Assembly: GCA_963665325.3 (NCBI GenBank)
Contig: CAXXWS020000002.1
Location: forward strand, 800,001 to 864,000
Source of the DNA: Alphaproteobacteria bacterium
GTDB lineage: Bacteria > Pseudomonadota > Alphaproteobacteria > Bin95
Direction: 5' to 3'
Length of the DNA: 64,000 bases
Part shown: piece by piece, positions 18,017 through 29,290 of the stretch
How positions within the stretch are numbered: the stretch's first letter is position 1
How the letters are laid out: every line of letters begins with the position of its first letter
Position numbers and translations under genes: made by a program
Notes under the pieces: generated by a model
What the model saw: only the letters and a program-made list of their open reading frames with translations
The model's database searches: none
What the model was told of the DNA's origin: nothing

Positions 18017-19174
18017 TCACTCGGCTGCCGCCTTGCGGGCCTCTTCCCTCGCGATTTCGGCGGCGATGGCTTCGGCGGCGGTGCCGACGAAGAGTTCGCG
18101 GTTCTCGTGGCTGTAGTCGTAGGACTCGCGTCTCAGCGCATTGGAGCCCTGGAAATGCGGCATCACATAGCGCTGCACCAGCTCGAAATGGCGCTTGGTC
18201 TCGGGGAAATCGGCCCAGTTGTGGGCAAGCTCCAGAAACGCGCCGAAGCCGCCGGAGCCTTCCTGCAGGAGCTCGATATGCTCGATCATGTCGTCGGGCG
18301 TGCCGATGACCGCCATGCGGTTCTCGGTGAGATAGGCCACCGGGTCGTCGATCTCCGGCGGCACGATGGGGAAGGTCGCGATCTCGCGGAAATATTTGGC
18401 CCAGAGTTCGAGGCCGAATTCGACATTGCGGTAGGCCTGCTCGCGCGTCTCGGCGATATGGGCGAGCGTGACGATGCGCCAGTTGGCGCGGTCCACGGTC
18501 TTGCCGTTCTCGGCCGCCGCCCGCTCGCAGAGTTTCCAGTTGTTGGCGTGCGCCTCGAGCGCCTCGGGCGAGGTGCCGCCGATGGACAGCATGCCGAGCC
18601 CGTGCTTGCCCGCCGCCAGCCCGCCCGCCGGCGAGCGCGCGCAGGCCACCGCCATCTCCATATGCGGCCAGCTGTAGTTCGCCATCTGGAGCTGGGCCTC
18701 GCGCAGCTCGAACCAGTCGGTCTTCATCGAGACCCGCTCGCCGCGGAGCAGCGCCATCAGCGCGTCGATGGCCTCGTTCATCATGCGGCGCTGTTCGCGC
18801 GGGTCGATGCCCATGCGGAAGGCATCGCCGGCCAGCGCGCCCGGCCCCACGCCGAACATGCTGCGCCCCTTGGTCATGTGGTCGAGCTGCACCATCCGGT
18901 CGGCGAGCGCGAAGGGATGGTGGTAGGGCAGCGAGACGACGCCCGTGCCGAGCCGGATATGGCGTGTTCGCTCGGCCGCCGCGGCTATGAACATTTCCGG
19001 GCAGGCGATGATCTCGAAGCCGCCCGAATGGTGCTCGCCTATCCATGCCTCGTGGTAGCCGAGCCGGTCGAGATGCTCGACCAGTTCCATGTCCCGGTCG
19101 AGGCAGGCGGTCGGGTTCTCATTCACGGGATGGAAGGGGGCGAGGAAGATGCCGAAACGAAGCGGGGCGGGCAT
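18017..19174 (-). CDS. Luciferase-like flavin monooxygenase (limonene monooxygenase LimB-like)
   Basis: FGIFLAPFH, WIGEHHSGG, LGTGVVSLPYHHP, GVGPGAL. Confidence 0.88.
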   Translation of the reverse strand: MPAPLRFGIFLAPFHPVNENPTACLDRDMELVEHLDRLGYHEAWIGEHHSGGFEIIACPEMFIAAAAERTRHIRLGTGVVSLPYHHPFALADRMVQLDHMTKGRSMFGVGPGALAGDAFRMGIDPREQRRMMNEAIDALMALLRGERVSMKTDWFELREAQLQMANYSWPHMEMAVACARSPAGGLAAGKHGLGMLSIGGTSPEALEAHANNWKLCERAAAENGKTVDRANWRIVTLAHIAETREQAYRNVEFGLELWAKYFREIATFPIVPPEIDDPVAYLTENRMAVIGTPDDMIEHIELLQEGSGGFGAFLELAHNWADFPETKRHFELVQRYVMPHFQGSNALRRESYDYSHENRELFVGTAAEAIAAEIAREEARKAAAE

Positions 19175-19255
19175 GGGAATGCAGGTCCTTCTGGCAGGTC
19201 GCCGCGCATATTGCCCCTGCGGTTCCGATAAGGAAAGGCGCAGGCCTGTTGCCGC

Positions 19256-20497
19256 CTACGGCGCCTTGAGCGCGCGCCACGGACGGACCGCGGGAATGGC
19301 GAGCAGGACCAGGGCCATACAGGCGAGCCCTTCCGCAGCCATGATCCCGACCGCGGTCTGGGCGCCGAAATGCTCCGCCATGAACCCGACATGAAGCGTG
19401 CCGACCGGCCCGCCCGCGCCGATGGAAACGGTCATTACTCCCATGACGCGCGCGCGGAGCGCCGGCGCGGCGCTGTACAGAATCAACGCGCCCTGCATGG
19501 CCGCGAAACCCGCGAAGCCGATGCCGCTCGCCAGCAGTACGGCCATGGCCTCGGGATAGCCCGGGGTGAAGGAAAAGCCGACGATGCACGCGAGGAACGC
19601 TGCGCCCGAAACGACATAGAGGCACAGGAAATGCCGGGGTCGGACGAACGCGGCTATGACCAGCGCGGTAGCGAATGCGGTCACCGCCTCGGCGGACATC
19701 AGCGAGCTGGTCGCGAGCGCATCGAGCCCCAGCACTGCCTTGCCGATAACCGGGATCATGTTGAGATAGGGGAAGCCGAAAACATTCATCGTCACTGTCA
19801 GCAGGATCGTGCCCAGCACCACCGGCACATGCGGCAGATAAGCGAAGGCATCGCGGACATCGGAGAAGATGCCCCGGCCGGCGGGCGGCGCGGGCGGCCT
19901 CCGGTAGGAGGTGAAAAGCAGGAGCAGCGCGCCGCCGCCGAAACAGGCCACGCTTGCCAGATAGGCGCCCGAAATGCCGATAGTGAGCATCAGCGCGCCG
20001 CCGGCGAGCGGCCCCAGCATCCGGGTAAGGTTGGCGGTGGCGCTGTCCAGGGCCATGGCGGTGCCGAATCGCGACGGTCCGGCGAGGTCCCCCAGCATGG
20101 TGCGCCTGACCGGGAAGTCGAGCGCCCAGATGACTCCGCTGCAAAAGACCCCGGCCGCAACGTGATAGACCGTCAGATCGCCGAGGAACGCCAGGAGGGT
20201 CAGCAGGCCCATGACGGCAGCCATGGCGGCGAAGGCAATGACGAGAATCCTGCGGCGGTCGCCGCGTTCCGAGATCGCGCCGGCAAAGGCGCCAAGCAGG
20301 AACATCGGCGCCTGACGGAGAAACAGCACCAGCGCAACCGCCATCGGCGAGCCCGTTTCTTCGACGACGAACCAGCCTACGGCCAGCACTTCAAGCCAGC
20401 GCACGCTGCCGGCCAGCGCACCGGCGGCCCAGGCGCGGCGGAAGCGCTTGCGGGACAGCAGGCGCAGCGGGGCGGCAGCTACGAGCCGGCGGGGCAT
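19256..20497 (-). CDS. MFS transporter
   Basis: About 12 hydrophobic segments; GAISERGDRRR motif A; LRARVMG. Confidence 0.88.
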   Translation of the reverse strand: MPRRLVAAAPLRLLSRKRFRRAWAAGALAGSVRWLEVLAVGWFVVEETGSPMAVALVLFLRQAPMFLLGAFAGAISERGDRRRILVIAFAAMAAVMGLLTLLAFLGDLTVYHVAAGVFCSGVIWALDFPVRRTMLGDLAGPSRFGTAMALDSATANLTRMLGPLAGGALMLTIGISGAYLASVACFGGGALLLLFTSYRRPPAPPAGRGIFSDVRDAFAYLPHVPVVLGTILLTVTMNVFGFPYLNMIPVIGKAVLGLDALATSSLMSAEAVTAFATALVIAAFVRPRHFLCLYVVSGAAFLACIVGFSFTPGYPEAMAVLLASGIGFAGFAAMQGALILYSAAPALRARVMGVMTVSIGAGGPVGTLHVGFMAEHFGAQTAVGIMAAEGLACMALVLLAIPAVRPWRALKAP

Positions 20498-20533
20498 CCG
20501 GGCGCCCTCAAGCCCCGCAGCCGGGGCTTATCG

Positions 20534-20564
20534 AAAAAAGGCCCGGCGCTCGGCCGGGCCTTTT
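20534..20564 (-). terminator. Rho-independent terminator downstream of tRNA-Ala (possibly bidirectional)
   Basis: AAAAGGCCCGGC-N5-GCCGGGCCTTTT; T6 tract after the hairpin on the minus strand. Confidence 0.85.
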
Positions 20565-20572
20565 GGATGGGT

Positions 20573-20648
<76 letters not shown>

Positions 20649-20744
20649 TAAGGTGTCGGCGCGGCGCGCGAACCGGCTTCCGGCGCGCCGGAAGCGGGCA
20701 ATATAATCGCCGACCTCGATTGCGGGCAAGTGCGAGTCGGCGGC

Positions 20745-21062
20745 TCAGACCTCGCCCTCCCCGTCCTTCTTGGTGCCGGCAGGAACAACCTCGCCGATAT
20801 CGTCGTCGTCCAGATCCTCAACGTCCTCCTCGTCCTCGTTCTCGTCATCGAGATCGATATCGTCTTCGGCCTCTTCCTTCGGCGCCGGCTTCTTGGGCGC
20901 CGGGCGCGGGGCGGGCGGCTTGACACGGCGGGGTTTCTGGAAATTCGCCTGCGGATGCTCCGCCCCGCATTCAGGGCAGACCGCAGGGTCCCTTCCGAGG
21001 TCGTAGAACTTGGCATTGCATGATGCACAGACACGCTTGCTGCCGAGGTTCGGTCGGGCCAC
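20745..21062 (-). CDS. TIGR02300 (FYDLN acid) family protein
   Basis: [28 protein letters not shown] plus acidic tail; usual position between tRNA-Ala and aroA. Confidence 0.9.
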   Translation of the reverse strand: MARPNLGSKRVCASCNAKFYDLGRDPAVCPECGAEHPQANFQKPRRVKPPAPRPAPKKPAPKEEAEDDIDLDDENEDEEDVEDLDDDDIGEVVPAGTKKDGEGEV

Positions 21063-21173
21063 GGGCGGTCTCCAGAAAGCGGACAAACGAAAGCGGCGAG
21101 CGTTTGCCAGAAGGCCGGCGGAGTGTCAAAACGAATTCGACCGAACGGCGGACCGGATAGGGAGGATGAACCT

Positions 21174-22487
21174 GTGACGGGGACAGGCGGGGCGGTATCG
21201 CGCCCGTGCGGCGCTCTTGAAGGAGAGGTCAGCGTGCCGGGCGACAAGTCCGTTTCGCACCGGGCGCTGATGCTTGCCGGCGTCGCGGTCGGCGAGACGA
21301 AAATCGACGGCCTCCTCGAAGGCGAGGATGTGCTGGCGACTGCTGCAGCGCTGCGTGCGCTGGGTGTGGAGGTGGAGCGGACAGGACCGGGTCGCTGGCA
21401 GGTTCACGGGCGCGGAGTCGGCGGGCTGGCGGAGCCGGAAAATGTACTCGACATGGGCAATTCCGGAACCGCCGCGCGACTTCTGCTCGGTTTGCTGGCG
21501 ACCCATCCGCTGACAGCGACGCTGACCGGCGACGCTTCGCTCAGGTCGCGTCCGATGCGCCGGGTGAGCGAGCCGCTCTCTCGATTCGGCGCAGCGTTCC
21601 ATGGTCGAGCGGGCGGCAGGCTGCCGCTCACTGTCGTCGGCACCCGCAGTCCCGTGCCGGTGCGCTATGAACTGCCGGTCGCCTCGGCGCAGGTGAAATC
21701 GGCAGTGTTGCTCGCCGGGCTGAACACACCGGGCGAGACGGTGGTGGTGGAGCCGTCGCCAACGCGCGACCACACGGAGCGCATGCTGCGGCATTTCGGA
21801 GCATGCGTGCGGCAGGAGGAGGGCGGCACGGTGCGGCTTACCGGCGAGCCGGAACTGACCGCAAGCGCGATCTCGGTGCCGGGCGACATTTCATCGGCGG
21901 CATTCCCGCTTGCGGCTGCCGCCATCGTGCCGGGCTCGCGAGTTGCAGTAACCGGCGTTGGCCTCAATCCGGGCCGCATCGGGCTCCTCCACACTCTTCG
22001 CGAAATGGGCGCCGCACTCGCTGTCGCCAATGAACGGGTCGAGGGCGGCGAGCCGGTCGGCGATGTCACCGTGGCCTGGAGCCCACTCACTGCTGTCGAT
22101 GTGCCGCCGGAGCGCGTGCCGAGCATGATCGACGAATTCCCTATCCTCGCGGTCGTGGCGGCATTCGCCGAGGGAACCACGCGCATGTCGGGCCTGGCCG
22201 AGCTTCGCGTCAAGGAAAGCGACCGCCTGGGCGCTATGGCGGCCGGGCTGGAGGCCTGCGGCGTCAGCGTGCGGGAAAGCGCCGATACCCTGGAGGTTGC
22301 GGGCGGCCAGCCGCACGGCGGCGTCGAGATCGCAAGCCGGCTCGACCACCGCATCGCCATGGCCTTCATGGTGCTGGGCATGGGCGCGCGCGAGGCCGTG
22401 CGCATCGACGATATCGTACCGGTAGCGACTTCCTTTCCCGGTTTCGTCGGGCTGATGAACCGGCTCGGTGCGGCGGTCGAGGCGTGA
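21174..22487 (+). CDS. aroA: 3-phosphoshikimate 1-carboxyvinyltransferase
   Basis: [43 protein letters not shown]; start chosen after GGAGG. Confidence 0.96.
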   Translation: MTGTGGAVSRPCGALEGEVSVPGDKSVSHRALMLAGVAVGETKIDGLLEGEDVLATAAALRALGVEVERTGPGRWQVHGRGVGGLAEPENVLDMGNSGTAARLLLGLLATHPLTATLTGDASLRSRPMRRVSEPLSRFGAAFHGRAGGRLPLTVVGTRSPVPVRYELPVASAQVKSAVLLAGLNTPGETVVVEPSPTRDHTERMLRHFGACVRQEEGGTVRLTGEPELTASAISVPGDISSAAFPLAAAAIVPGSRVAVTGVGLNPGRIGLLHTLREMGAALAVANERVEGGEPVGDVTVAWSPLTAVDVPPERVPSMIDEFPILAVVAAFAEGTTRMSGLAELRVKESDRLGAMAAGLEACGVSVRESADTLEVAGGQPHGGVEIASRLDHRIAMAFMVLGMGAREAVRIDDIVPVATSFPGFVGLMNRLGAAVEA

Positions 22488-23140
22488 TCGTCACCATCGA
22501 CGGGCCGGCAGCGGCCGGCAAGGGCACGCTGGCGCGCCGGCTCGCGGCCGCCCTCGGCTATGTGTATCTCGACACGGGCGCCCTCTACCGCGCGGTCGCC
22601 AAATCGGTCCTGGACGCAGGCGACAACCCGGACGATGCCGGGGAGGCCGCCGCGCATGCGGAAGCGCTGATCCCGACCGCGCTGGAGGATCCCGGCCTGC
22701 GGGACGAGGAGGTGGGCGATGCCGCCTCCCGCGTGGCCGCCCTGCCGGCGGTGCGGACCGCCCTGCTGGCGTTTCAGAGGCGGGTGGCGGCGACGCCGCC
22801 GGGAGCCGTGCTGGACGGGCGCGACACCGGGACCGTCGTCTGCCCGGAGGCGGAGCTCAAGCTGTTCGTAACGGCGAGCATCGAGGAGCGTGCGCACCGG
22901 CGCCTGGAAGAGTTGCGTTCCCGGGGGCAAGCGCATAAGTTACCGCAAGTTCTGGCCGAGGTTGCCGCGCGCGATTCGAGAGACCGTGCCCGGCCGACCG
23001 CGCCACTGCGGCCGGCAGACGATGCCGTCGAGATCGACACTACGGGAATGACCCCGGAGGCGATCTTCGAGCGGGCGTTGCTGCTGGCGGGTGAGCGTCT
23101 CGCGAAGTTTGAAGGCGGGTTGGGCCCGAGCGGACAATAA
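22484..23140 (+). CDS. cmk: Cytidylate kinase
   Basis: [29 protein letters not shown]. Confidence 0.96.
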   Translation: MIVTIDGPAAAGKGTLARRLAAALGYVYLDTGALYRAVAKSVLDAGDNPDDAGEAAAHAEALIPTALEDPGLRDEEVGDAASRVAALPAVRTALLAFQRRVAATPPGAVLDGRDTGTVVCPEAELKLFVTASIEERAHRRLEELRSRGQAHKLPQVLAEVAARDSRDRARPTAPLRPADDAVEIDTTGMTPEAIFERALLLAGERLAKFEGGLGPSGQ

Positions 23141-23218
23141 GGAAGGACTGGCCTGTCGTTCGCTGAGAAGGCGCGGGTGGCCAGCCGGTTTGCAGTTGGA
23201 AAGGAACGCAGCAGCCGA

Positions 23219-24994
23219 ATGGCTACTTCTCTTGCCGAAACCGGCGCGGCGGGCGCCGAAAAGGAAAACTTCGCAGCCCTGCTGGAAGAGTCGCTGGATG
23301 CGACCAAGGGCTTCGAAGGAACGGTCGTCAAAGGCAGGGTCATCGCGGTCGAAAACGACATGGCGCTGATCGATGTCGGACTTAAGGCGGAAGGGCGGGT
23401 GCCCCTCAAGGAGTTCACGACGCCCGGCCGGCCGGCGGAAATCTCGACCGGCGACGAAGTCGAGATCTATGTCGAGCGCCTTGAGGACAAGAACGGCGAG
23501 GCGGTACTCAGCCGCGACAAGGCGAAACGCGAGGAAGCCTGGAGCCATCTGGAAAGCGCGTTCAAGGACAGCGACAAGGTCTCCGGCGTTATCTTCGGCA
23601 AGGTGAAGGGCGGGTTCACCGTCGATCTTTCCGGGGCGGTCGCCTTCCTCCCGGGCAGCCAAGTCGATATCCGCCCGGTGCGCGACATCGGACCGCTGAT
23701 GGGTGCCCCGCAGCCCTTCATGATCCTCAAGATGGACCGTTCGCGCGGCAATATCGTGGTGTCGCGGCGCGCGGTGCTGGAGGAGAGCCGGGCCGAGGCG
23801 CGCAACGAACTCATCGCGAATCTGCGCGAAGGGCAGGTGTTGAACGGCGTCGTCAAGAACATTACCGACTACGGCGCCTTCATCGACCTGGGCGGCGTGG
23901 ACGGGCTGCTGCATGTCACCGACATCGCCTGGCACCGCATCAACCACCCGAGCGAAGCTCTCCAGATCGGCCAGACGGTTGAGGTCCAGGTCATCCGGTT
24001 CAACCTCGAAACCCAGCGTATCTCGCTCGGCATGAAGCAACTCCAGGTGGACCCCTGGGAAGGTGTGGCGCTCAAATATCCGGTGGGCGCGAACTATCGC
24101 GGCCGCGTCACCAACATCACGGACTACGGTGCGTTTGTTGAACTGGAGCCGGGTGTCGAGGGGCTTGTCCATGTCTCGGAGATGAGCTGGACCAAGAAGA
24201 ACGTCCATCCCGGCAAGATCGTGTCCACCAGCCAGGAGGTAGATGTACGCATCCTCGACCTGGACCTAGAGAAACGCCGTATCAGCCTCGGTATCAAGCA
24301 GACCCAGGGCAATCCCTGGGAGAGCTTCGTGGAGCAGTTCCCGCTCGGCAGCACTGTCGAAGGCGAGGTCAAGAACATCACCGAGTTTGGACTGTTCGTT
24401 GGCCTTCCAGGCGAAATCGACGGCATGGTGCACCTTTCGGACCTCGCTTGGGGACGCCAGGGCGACGACGCGGTGCAGGACTTCTCCAGAGGCGACACGG
24501 TCGAGGCGAAAGTGCTGGATGTGGATGTCGAGAAGGAGCGTATCAGCCTCGGCATCAAGCAGCTTTCCGAGGACCCGTTCGAGAGCGCGACGCGGAGTGC
24601 TGCGCGTAGCGGCGGCGGCGGCATACGCCGCGGTACGGTGTTGACCGTGACAGTAGCGTCCGTTCTGGAAAATGCTCTTGAGGTGACGCTGCCGGGCGAG
24701 CTGACGGGCATTATCCGGCGCAGCGAGCTCGGAAGGGAACGCTCTGAGCAGCGCCCAGACCGTTTCGCGGTCGGCGAGCGCATCGATGCCAAGATCACCC
24801 AGGTGGACAAGGCCGGCAGGCGTATCCAGCTTTCGATCAAGGCGTTGGAAATCGAGGAGGAACGCTCGGCGATGGAGCAGTTCGGCTCGTCCGACAGCGG
24901 CGCCAGCCTGGGCGATATCTTGGGCGCGGCACTCCGCAACCGGGTGCAGCAGGACGAAGCCGACGACAAGCAGGACGAAGCCGACGACAACTGA
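23219..24994 (+). CDS. rpsA: 30S ribosomal protein S1
   Basis: Six S1 repeats, AFLPGSQVD, NITDYGAF, SLGDILGAAL. Confidence 0.97.
   Translation: MATSLAETGAAGAEKENFAALLEESLDATKGFEGTVVKGRVIAVENDMALIDVGLKAEGRVPLKEFTTPGRPAEISTGDEVEIYVERLEDKNGEAVLSRDKAKREEAWSHLESAFKDSDKVSGVIFGKVKGGFTVDLSGAVAFLPGSQVDIRPVRDIGPLMGAPQPFMILKMDRSRGNIVVSRRAVLEESRAEARNELIANLREGQVLNGVVKNITDYGAFIDLGGVDGLLHVTDIAWHRINHPSEALQIGQTVEVQVIRFNLETQRISLGMKQLQVDPWEGVALKYPVGANYRGRVTNITDYGAFVELEPGVEGLVHVSEMSWTKKNVHPGKIVSTSQEVDVRILDLDLEKRRISLGIKQTQGNPWESFVEQFPLGSTVEGEVKNITEFGLFVGLPGEIDGMVHLSDLAWGRQGDDAVQDFSRGDTVEAKVLDVDVEKERISLGIKQLSEDPFESATRSAARSGGGGIRRGTVLTVTVASVLENALEVTLPGELTGIIRRSELGRERSEQRPDRFAVGERIDAKITQVDKAGRRIQLSIKALEIEEERSAMEQFGSSDSGASLGDILGAALRNRVQQDEADDKQDEADDN
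24948..24989 (+). repeat. Perfect 21-bp tandem duplication at the rpsA 3' end
   Basis: AGCAGGACGAAGCCGACGACA x2, encoding QDEADD twice. Confidence 0.9.
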
Positions 24995-25013
24995 CCCGGA
25001 GCCGCGGTCCTGA

Positions 25014-25928
25014 ATGGCCGCTATCCCGGAGCCCCGGCTTTACTATGCGCGGCTGAAGCGCCAACTTCGCCTGTGGCGGTTCGCGGCCCTGTTGGTCGCG
25101 GCGGCCGCGCTCGGGGCCGCTCTGTACGTTGCAACGGGCCCTGCCGGTGGCGGCAGCGACCATGTCGCGCGGATCAATATCGAGGGGTTCATTCGCGACG
25201 ACCGCACGCTGCGGCGTCAGCTGGATGAGATCGCTGCGGACGAGCGTGCCAGGGCGCTGCTGGTCGTTATCGACAGTTCCGGTGGGTCCGCGGCCGCGGC
25301 CGAAGCGCTCTATACGGCAGTCAGGAAGGTCGGCGCGGCCAAACCGGTCGCCGCCGTGCTGGGCTCGACGGCGGCGTCGGGAGCGTATTTGGTTGCCATT
25401 GGCGCGGACCGTATTTTCGCGCGCAACGCCACGCTGACGGGCTCCATCGGCGTCATTCTCCAGGCGCCACAGGTCGTGGGGCTGCTCGAAACGCTCGGTG
25501 TCGGTGTGGATGTCGTGCGCAGCGGTCCACTGAAGACGGTGCCGAACCCGGCCGAACGGTTGACGCCCGCTGGCCGCGCTGCCGTCCAGGCTCTCGTGGA
25601 CGAAATTTTCGAAATGTTCGTCGATATGGTGGCCGATCGCCGCCCACTCAGCCGGGCAGAAGTCCTGGCCGTGGCGGACGGCCGCGTTTTCACCGGACGG
25701 ACGGCTGTCGGAAATGGCCTCGCCGATGCGATTGGCGGCGAGGCAGCGGCGCGCGACTGGCTTGCCGAGGAGCATGGCATTGAGCGTGGCCTCGCAGCGA
25801 TCGATCGGGACCCTGAACGCGATGCCGGCCTGCTGGATCGGCTGGTCGGTCGTTTGTTGGGGAAAAGCACCGCTGCGGAAAGTCTTTTGCTTGACGGGCT
25901 GATGGCAGTTTGGCATCCTCCTCTTTAA
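25014..25928 (+). CDS. sppA: Signal peptide peptidase SppA (S49)
   Basis: IDSSGGS, AASGAY, TGSIGV, DGRVFTG; rpsA-sppA-ihfB synteny. Confidence 0.9.
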   Translation: MAAIPEPRLYYARLKRQLRLWRFAALLVAAAALGAALYVATGPAGGGSDHVARINIEGFIRDDRTLRRQLDEIAADERARALLVVIDSSGGSAAAAEALYTAVRKVGAAKPVAAVLGSTAASGAYLVAIGADRIFARNATLTGSIGVILQAPQVVGLLETLGVGVDVVRSGPLKTVPNPAERLTPAGRAAVQALVDEIFEMFVDMVADRRPLSRAEVLAVADGRVFTGRTAVGNGLADAIGGEAAARDWLAEEHGIERGLAAIDRDPERDAGLLDRLVGRLLGKSTAAESLLLDGLMAVWHPPL

Positions 25929-25960
25929 TTCTATCATGCTGGTGATTGGGGGTTTGTATC

Positions 25961-26248
25961 ATGACACGTTCCGAACTCATCAGGCGAATAGCAGAACGGA
26001 ATCCCGAATTAGCGTACAGCGATGCTGTGAAATTAATTGCAACATTTTTCGACGAAATCTCGGGAGCGTTATCGCGCGGCGATCGTATCGAATTGCGTGG
26101 CTTCGGCGCATTTTGGACCAAACGAAGGGGCGAGCGTATTGGACGCAATCCCGCTACCGGTGATCCGGTGCCGGTCGAGGCGAAATCTCTTCCCGCCTTT
26201 AAGGCGGGGAAGCGCCTTCGCGAACGGTTGAACAGCGAATCGAAATAA
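25961..26248 (+). CDS. ihfB: Integration host factor beta subunit
   Basis: [38 protein letters not shown]; synteny. Confidence 0.92.
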   Translation: MTRSELIRRIAERNPELAYSDAVKLIATFFDEISGALSRGDRIELRGFGAFWTKRRGERIGRNPATGDPVPVEAKSLPAFKAGKRLRERLNSESK

Positions 26249-26261
26249 AGGCGGGCGGATC

Positions 26262-26570
26262 GTGGCGTTCCTCCGGGCAGCTTGCATTCTGGTGATCGCC
26301 CTGATTGCGGCTCTCTTTGCAGTCGAGAACATGCATGAAGTCGCTATCGGTGTTTTTCCGGTTGCATCGACCGTATCGCTGCCGGTTTACCTGATCGTTC
26401 TGGCACCGCTGGCGGCCGGCCTGATTGCAGGCTGGGCGTTTGCCAGGATTTCCGGTGGCGGGGTACGCAGCCGGCGACTGCGCCGGAAAGCCAGGCAGCC
26501 GGCGCACCGGAAAGAAACGGGGGCGGTGCGCAGAACCGGGGAAAACACGGTACTGCCAGCCACTCCGTGA
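26262..26570 (+). CDS. lapA: LapA (DUF1049) family membrane protein
   Basis: LFAVENMHEV, two TM segments, basic tail; follows ihfB. Confidence 0.75.
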   Translation: MAFLRAACILVIALIAALFAVENMHEVAIGVFPVASTVSLPVYLIVLAPLAAGLIAGWAFARISGGGVRSRRLRRKARQPAHRKETGAVRRTGENTVLPATP

Positions 26571-27211
26571 TGCCGGTCCCGGTCAAGATTTGCGGCATCC
26601 GGAATCGACCGGTTCTGGACGGCGCCGTGGAAGGCGGCGCGGCGGCGGTGGGCTTCGTCTTCGCCGGCGGAAGCCCGCGAGAGGTGTCGCCGGAGGATGC
26701 GGCGAGGCTCGCACCGCATGTTCCGCCTGCCGTGCTCAAGGTCGGGCTCTTCGTGGACGCGGGCGACGAGGCTATCGACGCGGCGGTGAAAGCGTGCGGG
26801 CTCGATGTGCTGCAATTGCACGGCAAGGAAACGCCCGAGCGGGCCGCGGGGGTCCGCCGGCGCTTCGGTTGCGAAGTATGGAAGGCACTGCCCATCGCGG
26901 AACGGGCGGATGTTGCGGCAGCCTTTGCCTTTGAGAAGGCCGTGGACCGGCTTCTGTTCGACTCGCGGCCGCCGGCCGGCGCGCGCCTGCCGGGCGGCAA
27001 CGCCGTAGCCTTCGACTGGTCGCTGCTGGCCCCGCCCTTGCCGAAGCTGCCCTGGCTGCTGTCCGGAGGGTTGACGGCCGTCAATCTCGAGGAGGCGGTG
27101 CGCGTCTCCGGCGCCCGCATGGTCGATGTATCGTCCGGCGTCGAGCGAAGCCGGGGCGTCAAGGACCTGGAGTTGGTTCGCACCTTTCTGGAGAAGGCGG
27201 CGGCGCTTTGA
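26567..27211 (+). CDS. trpF: Phosphoribosylanthranilate isomerase
   Basis: [30 protein letters not shown]. Confidence 0.95.
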   Translation: MMPVPVKICGIRNRPVLDGAVEGGAAAVGFVFAGGSPREVSPEDAARLAPHVPPAVLKVGLFVDAGDEAIDAAVKACGLDVLQLHGKETPERAAGVRRRFGCEVWKALPIAERADVAAAFAFEKAVDRLLFDSRPPAGARLPGGNAVAFDWSLLAPPLPKLPWLLSGGLTAVNLEEAVRVSGARMVDVSSGVERSRGVKDLELVRTFLEKAAAL

Positions 27212-27269
27212 TTCCGCCGTTCCGGCGCGTATGGTCCGATGCGATTGCGTGATCCGGGGAACGAACGCG

Positions 27270-28490
27270 ATGAGTCCCGATACCGCGGCCAACAGCTACC
27301 GCCTGGGGCCAGACGAGCGAGGCCATTTCGGCCTCTATGGCGGCCGCTATGTCGCCGAGACGCTGATGCCGCTCATCAGCGAGGTCGGCGCCGCCTATAA
27401 GCAGGTGAAAAACGATCCGGCATTCCACGAAGAGATGGGCCGGTTCCACAAGCACTATACCGGGCGCCCGAGCCCGCTCTATTTCGCCGAGCGGCTGACG
27501 GCGCATTTGGGCGGCGCGAAAATCTACTTCAAGCGCGACGAGCTGAACCACACCGGCTCGCACAAGATCAACAACTGCCTCGGGCAGATCCTGCTCGCCC
27601 GCCGCATGGGCAAGACGCGGATTATTGCAGAGACCGGCGCAGGGCAGCATGGCGTAGCGGCGGCGACGGTCTGTGCGCGGTTCGATCTCCCTTGCACGGT
27701 CTATATGGGCTCGGTCGATATCGACCGGCAGGCGCCGAACGTCTTCCGCATGCGCCTCCTCGGCGCGGAGGTGAAGGCGGTCGAGAGCGGCTCGCGCACC
27801 CTCAAGGACGCCCTCAACGAGGCGCTCCGCGACTGGGTCGCCAATGTCCACGACACCTTCTACATCATCGGCACGGCCGCGGGCCCCGCGCCCTATCCCG
27901 AGATGGTGCGCGACTTTCAGTGCGTCATCGGCGAGGAGGTGCGCTCGCAGATCGTGGAAGCCGAAGGCCGGTTGCCGGACACGGTGGTCGCCTGCATCGG
28001 CGGCGGATCGAACGCGATCGGCCTCTTCCACCCCTTCCTCGACGAGCCCGATGTGCGGATTGTCGGGGTGGAGGCGGCGGGGCGGGGGCTGGAGAGCGGC
28101 GAGCACGCGGCCTCGCTCACCGGCGGCGCCCCGGGCGTGCTGCACGGCAACCGCACCTATCTCCTCCAGAACGACGACGGCCAGATTACGGACGCGCATT
28201 CGATCTCGGCCGGTCTCGACTATCCGGGAATCGGGCCGGAGCACGCCTGGCTGAAGGATGCCGGGCGGGCGGAGTACATGTCGGCGACGGACGCGGAAGC
28301 GCTGGAAGCCTTCCAGCTCTGCGCCCGGCTGGAGGGCATCATCCCCGCGCTGGAGCCCGCGCATGCGCTCGCCTGGGTGATCCGCGCCGCGCCCGACCTG
28401 CCGCGGGACCATATCCTGGTGATGAACATGTGCGGACGCGGCGACAAGGATGTCTTCAGCGTCGGCGACGCGCTGGGGATCGAACTGTGA
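27270..28490 (+). CDS. trpB: Tryptophan synthase beta chain
   Basis: [41 protein letters not shown]. Confidence 0.97.
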   Translation: MSPDTAANSYRLGPDERGHFGLYGGRYVAETLMPLISEVGAAYKQVKNDPAFHEEMGRFHKHYTGRPSPLYFAERLTAHLGGAKIYFKRDELNHTGSHKINNCLGQILLARRMGKTRIIAETGAGQHGVAAATVCARFDLPCTVYMGSVDIDRQAPNVFRMRLLGAEVKAVESGSRTLKDALNEALRDWVANVHDTFYIIGTAAGPAPYPEMVRDFQCVIGEEVRSQIVEAEGRLPDTVVACIGGGSNAIGLFHPFLDEPDVRIVGVEAAGRGLESGEHAASLTGGAPGVLHGNRTYLLQNDDGQITDAHSISAGLDYPGIGPEHAWLKDAGRAEYMSATDAEALEAFQLCARLEGIIPALEPAHALAWVIRAAPDLPRDHILVMNMCGRGDKDVFSVGDALGIEL

Positions 28491-29290
28491 GCCGGATCGC
28501 GGCGCGTTTCGAGGCCCTGCGGAAGGCGGGCCGGGCGGCATTCATGCCCTTTGTCAGCGGAGGCGACCCGGACTTCGACACCAGCCTCGCCATTCTGCGC
28601 CGCCTGGCGGATGCCGGCGCGGACATGTTTGAGATCGGCGTTTCGTTCACGGACCCGATGGCGGACGGGCCGACGGTTCAGGCGGGCGGCGCGCGCGCCC
28701 TTGCGGCCGGCATGAACATGGGGCGCGTCCTCGACCTCGTGCGCGCCTTCCGCGCCGAGGACGATGAAATGCCAATTGTGCTGATGGGGTATTTCAACCC
28801 GATCTACCGCTATGGCGCGGAGCGCTTCGCGGCGAATGCGAAGGCGGCGGGTGTGGACGGGCTGATTACCGTCGATCTGCCGCCGGAGGAGGAGGAGGAG
28901 TTGCGCGGGCCGGCCGAGCGCGCAGGCCTCGATATCGTCCGCCTCATTGCGCCGACGACGGATGAAGACCGCCTTCCGCTCGTGCTCGAGCGGGCAAGCG
29001 GCTTCGTCTATTACGTGTCGATAGCCGGCATCACCGGCACACGGTCGCCGACCATGGCGGATGTGGAATTCGCCGTCGACCGCCTGCGCCGCTTCACCGA
29101 ACTGCCGGTCGCGGTCGGCTTCGGCATCAACACGGCGGAACAGGCCGGCGCGGTAGCCCGCGTTGCCGAAGGTGCGGTCGTCGGGTCCGCTATCGTTCGC
29201 GAGATCGGGGCCGGCGGCCCGGACATGCTGGACCGCGTCGGCGCGCTCGCCCGCGAGCTGGCGGAGGGCGTCGCGGGAGCGCGCGCATGA
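28487..29290 (+). CDS. trpA: Tryptophan synthase alpha chain
   Basis: [37 protein letters not shown]. Confidence 0.96.
   Translation: MSRIAARFEALRKAGRAAFMPFVSGGDPDFDTSLAILRRLADAGADMFEIGVSFTDPMADGPTVQAGGARALAAGMNMGRVLDLVRAFRAEDDEMPIVLMGYFNPIYRYGAERFAANAKAAGVDGLITVDLPPEEEEELRGPAERAGLDIVRLIAPTTDEDRLPLVLERASGFVYYVSIAGITGTRSPTMADVEFAVDRLRRFTELPVAVGFGINTAEQAGAVARVAEGAVVGSAIVREIGAGGPDMLDRVGALARELAEGVAGARA

Noticed and set aside
508-20572. tRNA-Ala-anchored genomic island
   Set aside because: No integrase and no duplicated tRNA 3' end seen; the region includes housekeeping-type genes (nrdB, mcd, adenosyltransferase) and has similar GC.
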